31,600 nucleotides of DNA from positions 1-31,600 of the forward strand of contig CAYLZE010000057.1 of the NCBI GenBank assembly GCA_964388035.1, written 5' to 3'. Under the pieces are notes generated by a model that saw only the letters and a list, made by a program, of their open reading frames with translations, did not search any database and had not been told where the DNA came from. Every line of letters begins with the position of its first letter. Positions within the stretch are counted from its first letter, which is position 1. Of this stretch, positions 28,785 through 31,600 are shown in pieces. Both the position numbers and the translations under genes were made by a program. The stretch is from an uncultured archaeon. Its GTDB lineage: Archaea; Asgardarchaeota; Lokiarchaeia; Sigyniarchaeales; SOKP01.

Positions 28785-29942
28785 TCAATAACTTCTAAAT
28801 TCAATTATTGAATCATAAAGAGCTACGATATTTTGGGGCGGAACTTCTGCCGTGATATTATGGATATTTGCCGCAACATATCCCCCGTTGGGTTTGAAGC
28901 AATCCATGTTATATTTCACTTCCTTTCTGACCTGCTCTGGAGTACCAAACGGTAAGATCTTTTGAGTATCGCACGCGCCCCCCCAAAAAGAAATAATATT
29001 ACCATATTTTCTTTTCAATACGCAAGGGTCCATGTTCCGCGCAGAAACTTGCACGGGATTAAACGCATCATATCCATTTTCAGCAAAATAAGGCAAGAAT
29101 TGGGAACTGGCCCCACAAGAATGATAATTGATTTTCACACTTGCTAATTCGTGAATTTTCTGTGCGAGCCTTTTTTCATAAGGTTGGATGAGCTTTTCAT
29201 ACAATTGCACGTTAAGTATCGGTCCATTTTGCTCAGCAAGATCTCCATTAACGCATACCACGTCTAAAAATTCACCCACTTCCCCCAGAAATGTCTCATT
29301 ATAATCAATCCAATAGATAAGAAGTTCTTTCATGGTAGCTTCAATTAATTCGGGTTTTTTTAACGTGTATCGAATAGCTTTTGTAAATCCGAATAAGAAC
29401 GTGCAATTTTCAAAAATACACCCTATAGGAGGCGATACCAAGGCATGGTCCGTGTTTTCATGAAAGTTTTTAGCTCGTTCTCGCAAGCCATTAAATGGGG
29501 TCTTATCCTTCCCGTTTGGCCAGTCATAATTTCTAATTTCCGACACGGTTGTAAAGAATTCAAAAGGATGGATGACGGGGTCATAATAAAGGATTTCTTC
29601 AAGATCTTTATCGGCTGAATTACCATAAAAAACCCCAAATTTGTCATAAATCCCTACATACTTGCCTTCATATTCAGGAGTAAAATTTTCTTTCAGCATG
29701 CTACTGAACGGACGAATATAGCGAGTATCTGATTGAAATCTTTGCAGAAGTTTCTCACAAGGGACAACGTTCTGCTCTACAAAATCTGCAAACCTAATAT
29801 CTTCATCCTTTATCCCAAGATAATCAAGTAAATTTTTATAAGCTTTGACATGAATGCTGGATTGATCTCCACCAAGATCAATCGGAACTTTATCTGGCTC
29901 CTGATGATTTAAAGCGGTATTTAACCTTTCACGTGGATTCAT
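28785..29942 (-). CDS. Uroporphyrinogen decarboxylase-fold protein (MtaA/CmuA-like methyltransferase family)
   Basis: MNPRER...HQEPDKVPIDLGG, GDL, YHSCG, NPVQ, FWGG..DTQKILPFGTPEQV and HNI. Confidence 0.85.
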   Translation of the reverse strand: MNPRERLNTALNHQEPDKVPIDLGGDQSSIHVKAYKNLLDYLGIKDEDIRFADFVEQNVVPCEKLLQRFQSDTRYIRPFSSMLKENFTPEYEGKYVGIYDKFGVFYGNSADKDLEEILYYDPVIHPFEFFTTVSEIRNYDWPNGKDKTPFNGLRERAKNFHENTDHALVSPPIGCIFENCTFLFGFTKAIRYTLKKPELIEATMKELLIYWIDYNETFLGEVGEFLDVVCVNGDLAEQNGPILNVQLYEKLIQPYEKRLAQKIHELASVKINYHSCGASSQFLPYFAENGYDAFNPVQVSARNMDPCVLKRKYGNIISFWGGACDTQKILPFGTPEQVRKEVKYNMDCFKPNGGYVAANIHNITAEVPPQNIVALYDSIIEFRSY

Positions 29943-30599
29943 TTTAATTAATTAATTTAAAGAAGAGTAAATAAAAAGGATAATTAAATAATATCTAGAT
30001 TTAGGAAGGTGTGTTTTTAAAGCTTTAGCTAAATGAAATCTGAGACCTAATATGGTTAAAGAAGTTTGAGTGGGAGAACTTGGTTCAAATCCCGTAATGT
30101 GGGTTGTTTAATTTGAAAGAAATGATTTTATACCCAACTTATTAATTGAACTTGGAAAGTTATGTTTATTAAACAAAATTTAATGTTATCACTTCTTTCT
30201 TATAAATTTTAAGATAAAATTCCATCGGAATAAAAAAGTTGAAAATAATTTGCTTATAATTTAAAGAAGTTTCAAAATATTGTTTAAAGTAGTTCAGTTC
30301 AAAGGATTTCTAGAGATCGATTTCCTTTGAACCTGTTTTATTTAGAAAGTTCAATTTGGGCTTAATAATATTTATTAATTTGGGGTAATAATAAGAAAAC
30401 AAAACTAGTACTAACATTAAAATAATTCCGACAAAGAAAAATTGAGCATCTACTCACATTACTACGTAAATACTTTTTGAATTAATTCAGGGAAGTCACT
30501 TGCTATAAAAAAAAAGCTAAAAAGTTAAATATTATTAAAATCTCATAAATTAAAAAATTGTATTCTATAATTGGATTAATTTAAAGGAAGTGAGAATAA

Positions 30600-31600
30600 A
30601 CGAGGCAAATTCAAATAACTATTCCAAAGGAACCCGAGGAGAACATGGAAAAAGTATTACAAGTTTTAAAAAGTGACCTTCATATTAAGCACATGATAAT
30701 GCTCAAGAGTGATTTCAACGTCCTTATCATCATCAGGCATAGAAATACCTTCGTTCCCTTTATAATTGAGAAATTAAATGAGATTGGCATTGGGACGTCG
30801 TTTGGAATCATAGATATTTTAGACTTGGAGACAACCATTCCTCGATTAGACATGACCGAGAAAGTTGAAGAAAAAAATAATAAAGCAAAAATAACGGAGC
30901 GAATTTCAGTAGAAGAAATTGAAAATGATATCGTGGAAGGATCAAAACCCACTTTTGATTATCTTATATTCATCGTTTTATCTGCGATAATAGCCGGGGT
31001 TGGCCTTCTTACTAATTCATCTGTCATTTTGATTGCTTCCATGATATTATCGCCGTTAATGGGACCCATTCTTGGCCTATCATTTGGGTCGATTACTAAA
31101 AATCGCGAGATGATAAAAGATAGCATTACTTCTCAAGGCATTGGATTATCACTTTCTGTAAGTATCGGTCTAATGTTAGGAATTTTCAGTAGATTTATCA
31201 TTCAAAATCAACAAATAACCTCAGAAATGGCAATAAGGACATTCCCTAGCTATTTTGATATAATAATTGCCGTTTGTGCGGGTATAGCAGTTGGCTTTTG
31301 TGTCGCGGGAAGTTTAAAATCGTCATTAGTAGGACTTGCTATAGCATTATCTCTCATGCCCCCTGCCGTAAATGTTGGACTCGCATTAATTTTCATGGAT
31401 ATGATGCTATCTCTGGGAAGCTTGCTCCTTTTAATCGCAAATATTGTAATAATTAATGTATGTACCATAATCATCTTTAAACTAAAACGAATCAACATGC
31501 TACCGTCAATCGTACCTTTTTGGAAGGGCCCAAAAGAAAAGATCATAAAAGCGCCAGAAATAATAGAAGAAGAAACAATACCTTTCACACAAAAGTTCAA
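30600..31600 (+). CDS. TIGR00341/DUF389 family membrane protein (runs off the window, so missing from the ORF track)
   Basis: Open frame reading (T/M)RQIQITIPKEPEENMEKV...SAIIAGVGLLTNSSVILIASMILSPLMGPI...LVGLAIALSLMPPAVNVG. The first ATG is at 30645, and ACG at 30600 is a possible start. Confidence 0.88.

Noticed and set aside
28785-29942. hemE assignment
   Set aside because: The HSCG motif and overall pattern fit the broader URO-D/MtaA-CmuA-like family better, and there is no tetrapyrrole gene context.
30070-30105. tRNA (including tRNA-Sec) suggested by GGTTCAAATCC
   Set aside because: The T-stem pairs for only 2 bp and no D arm, anticodon arm or acceptor geometry can be built.
1-31600. 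Genome-wide UGA reassignment (Trp or Gly)
   Set aside because: TGA terminates the MFS (3195), hdrA-Cys (11844), DUF998 (21841) and URO-D (28785) genes at plausible C-termini, Trp is encoded by TGG, and the internal TGAs align to Cys only.
392-31600. Short antisense or alternate-frame ORFs (e.g. 392..715, 6097..6354, 19438..19671, 21141..21344, 22816..23151, 30680..30952, 31250..31600)
   Set aside because: They are shadows of well-supported genes and have no recognisable motifs.
1-31600. CRISPR array, IS element, rRNA
   Set aside because: No regularly spaced repeats, transposase motifs or rRNA-like GC-rich tracts were seen.

Overview
AT-rich archaeal chromosomal window, most likely Asgard/Lokiarchaeia. 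This is an inference from the Loki-type LRR protein, the HEAT-repeat protein, Sec-containing HdrA/MvhD and the multiple HdrA and FrhB paralogs. The centrepiece is a ~13.3 kb minus-strand cluster (8079-21424): hdrA(Sec x3) - mvhD(Sec x2) - structured 3' hairpin (SECIS candidate) - frhB-like - frhB-like - hdrD-like - long hdrA(Cys) - mvhD(Cys) - long hdrA-like with a domain deletion. The first two genes are fragmented or missing in the ORF track because they contain five in-frame TGA codons, each aligning to a conserved Cys of the Cys paralogs in the same window, which points to selenocysteine recoding. The window has no [NiFe]-hydrogenase or formate dehydrogenase catalytic subunit, suggesting an F420-linked Hdr-type electron-bifurcating system. 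The flanks encode an LRR protein, an M42 peptidase remnant, an MFS transporter, a C-GCAxxG-C-C protein, patatin, a membrane esterase, barstar, DUF998, a HEAT-repeat protein, a third FrhB, a URO-D-family protein and a TIGR00341/DUF389 protein. No rRNA, tRNA, CRISPR array or transposase was recognised.
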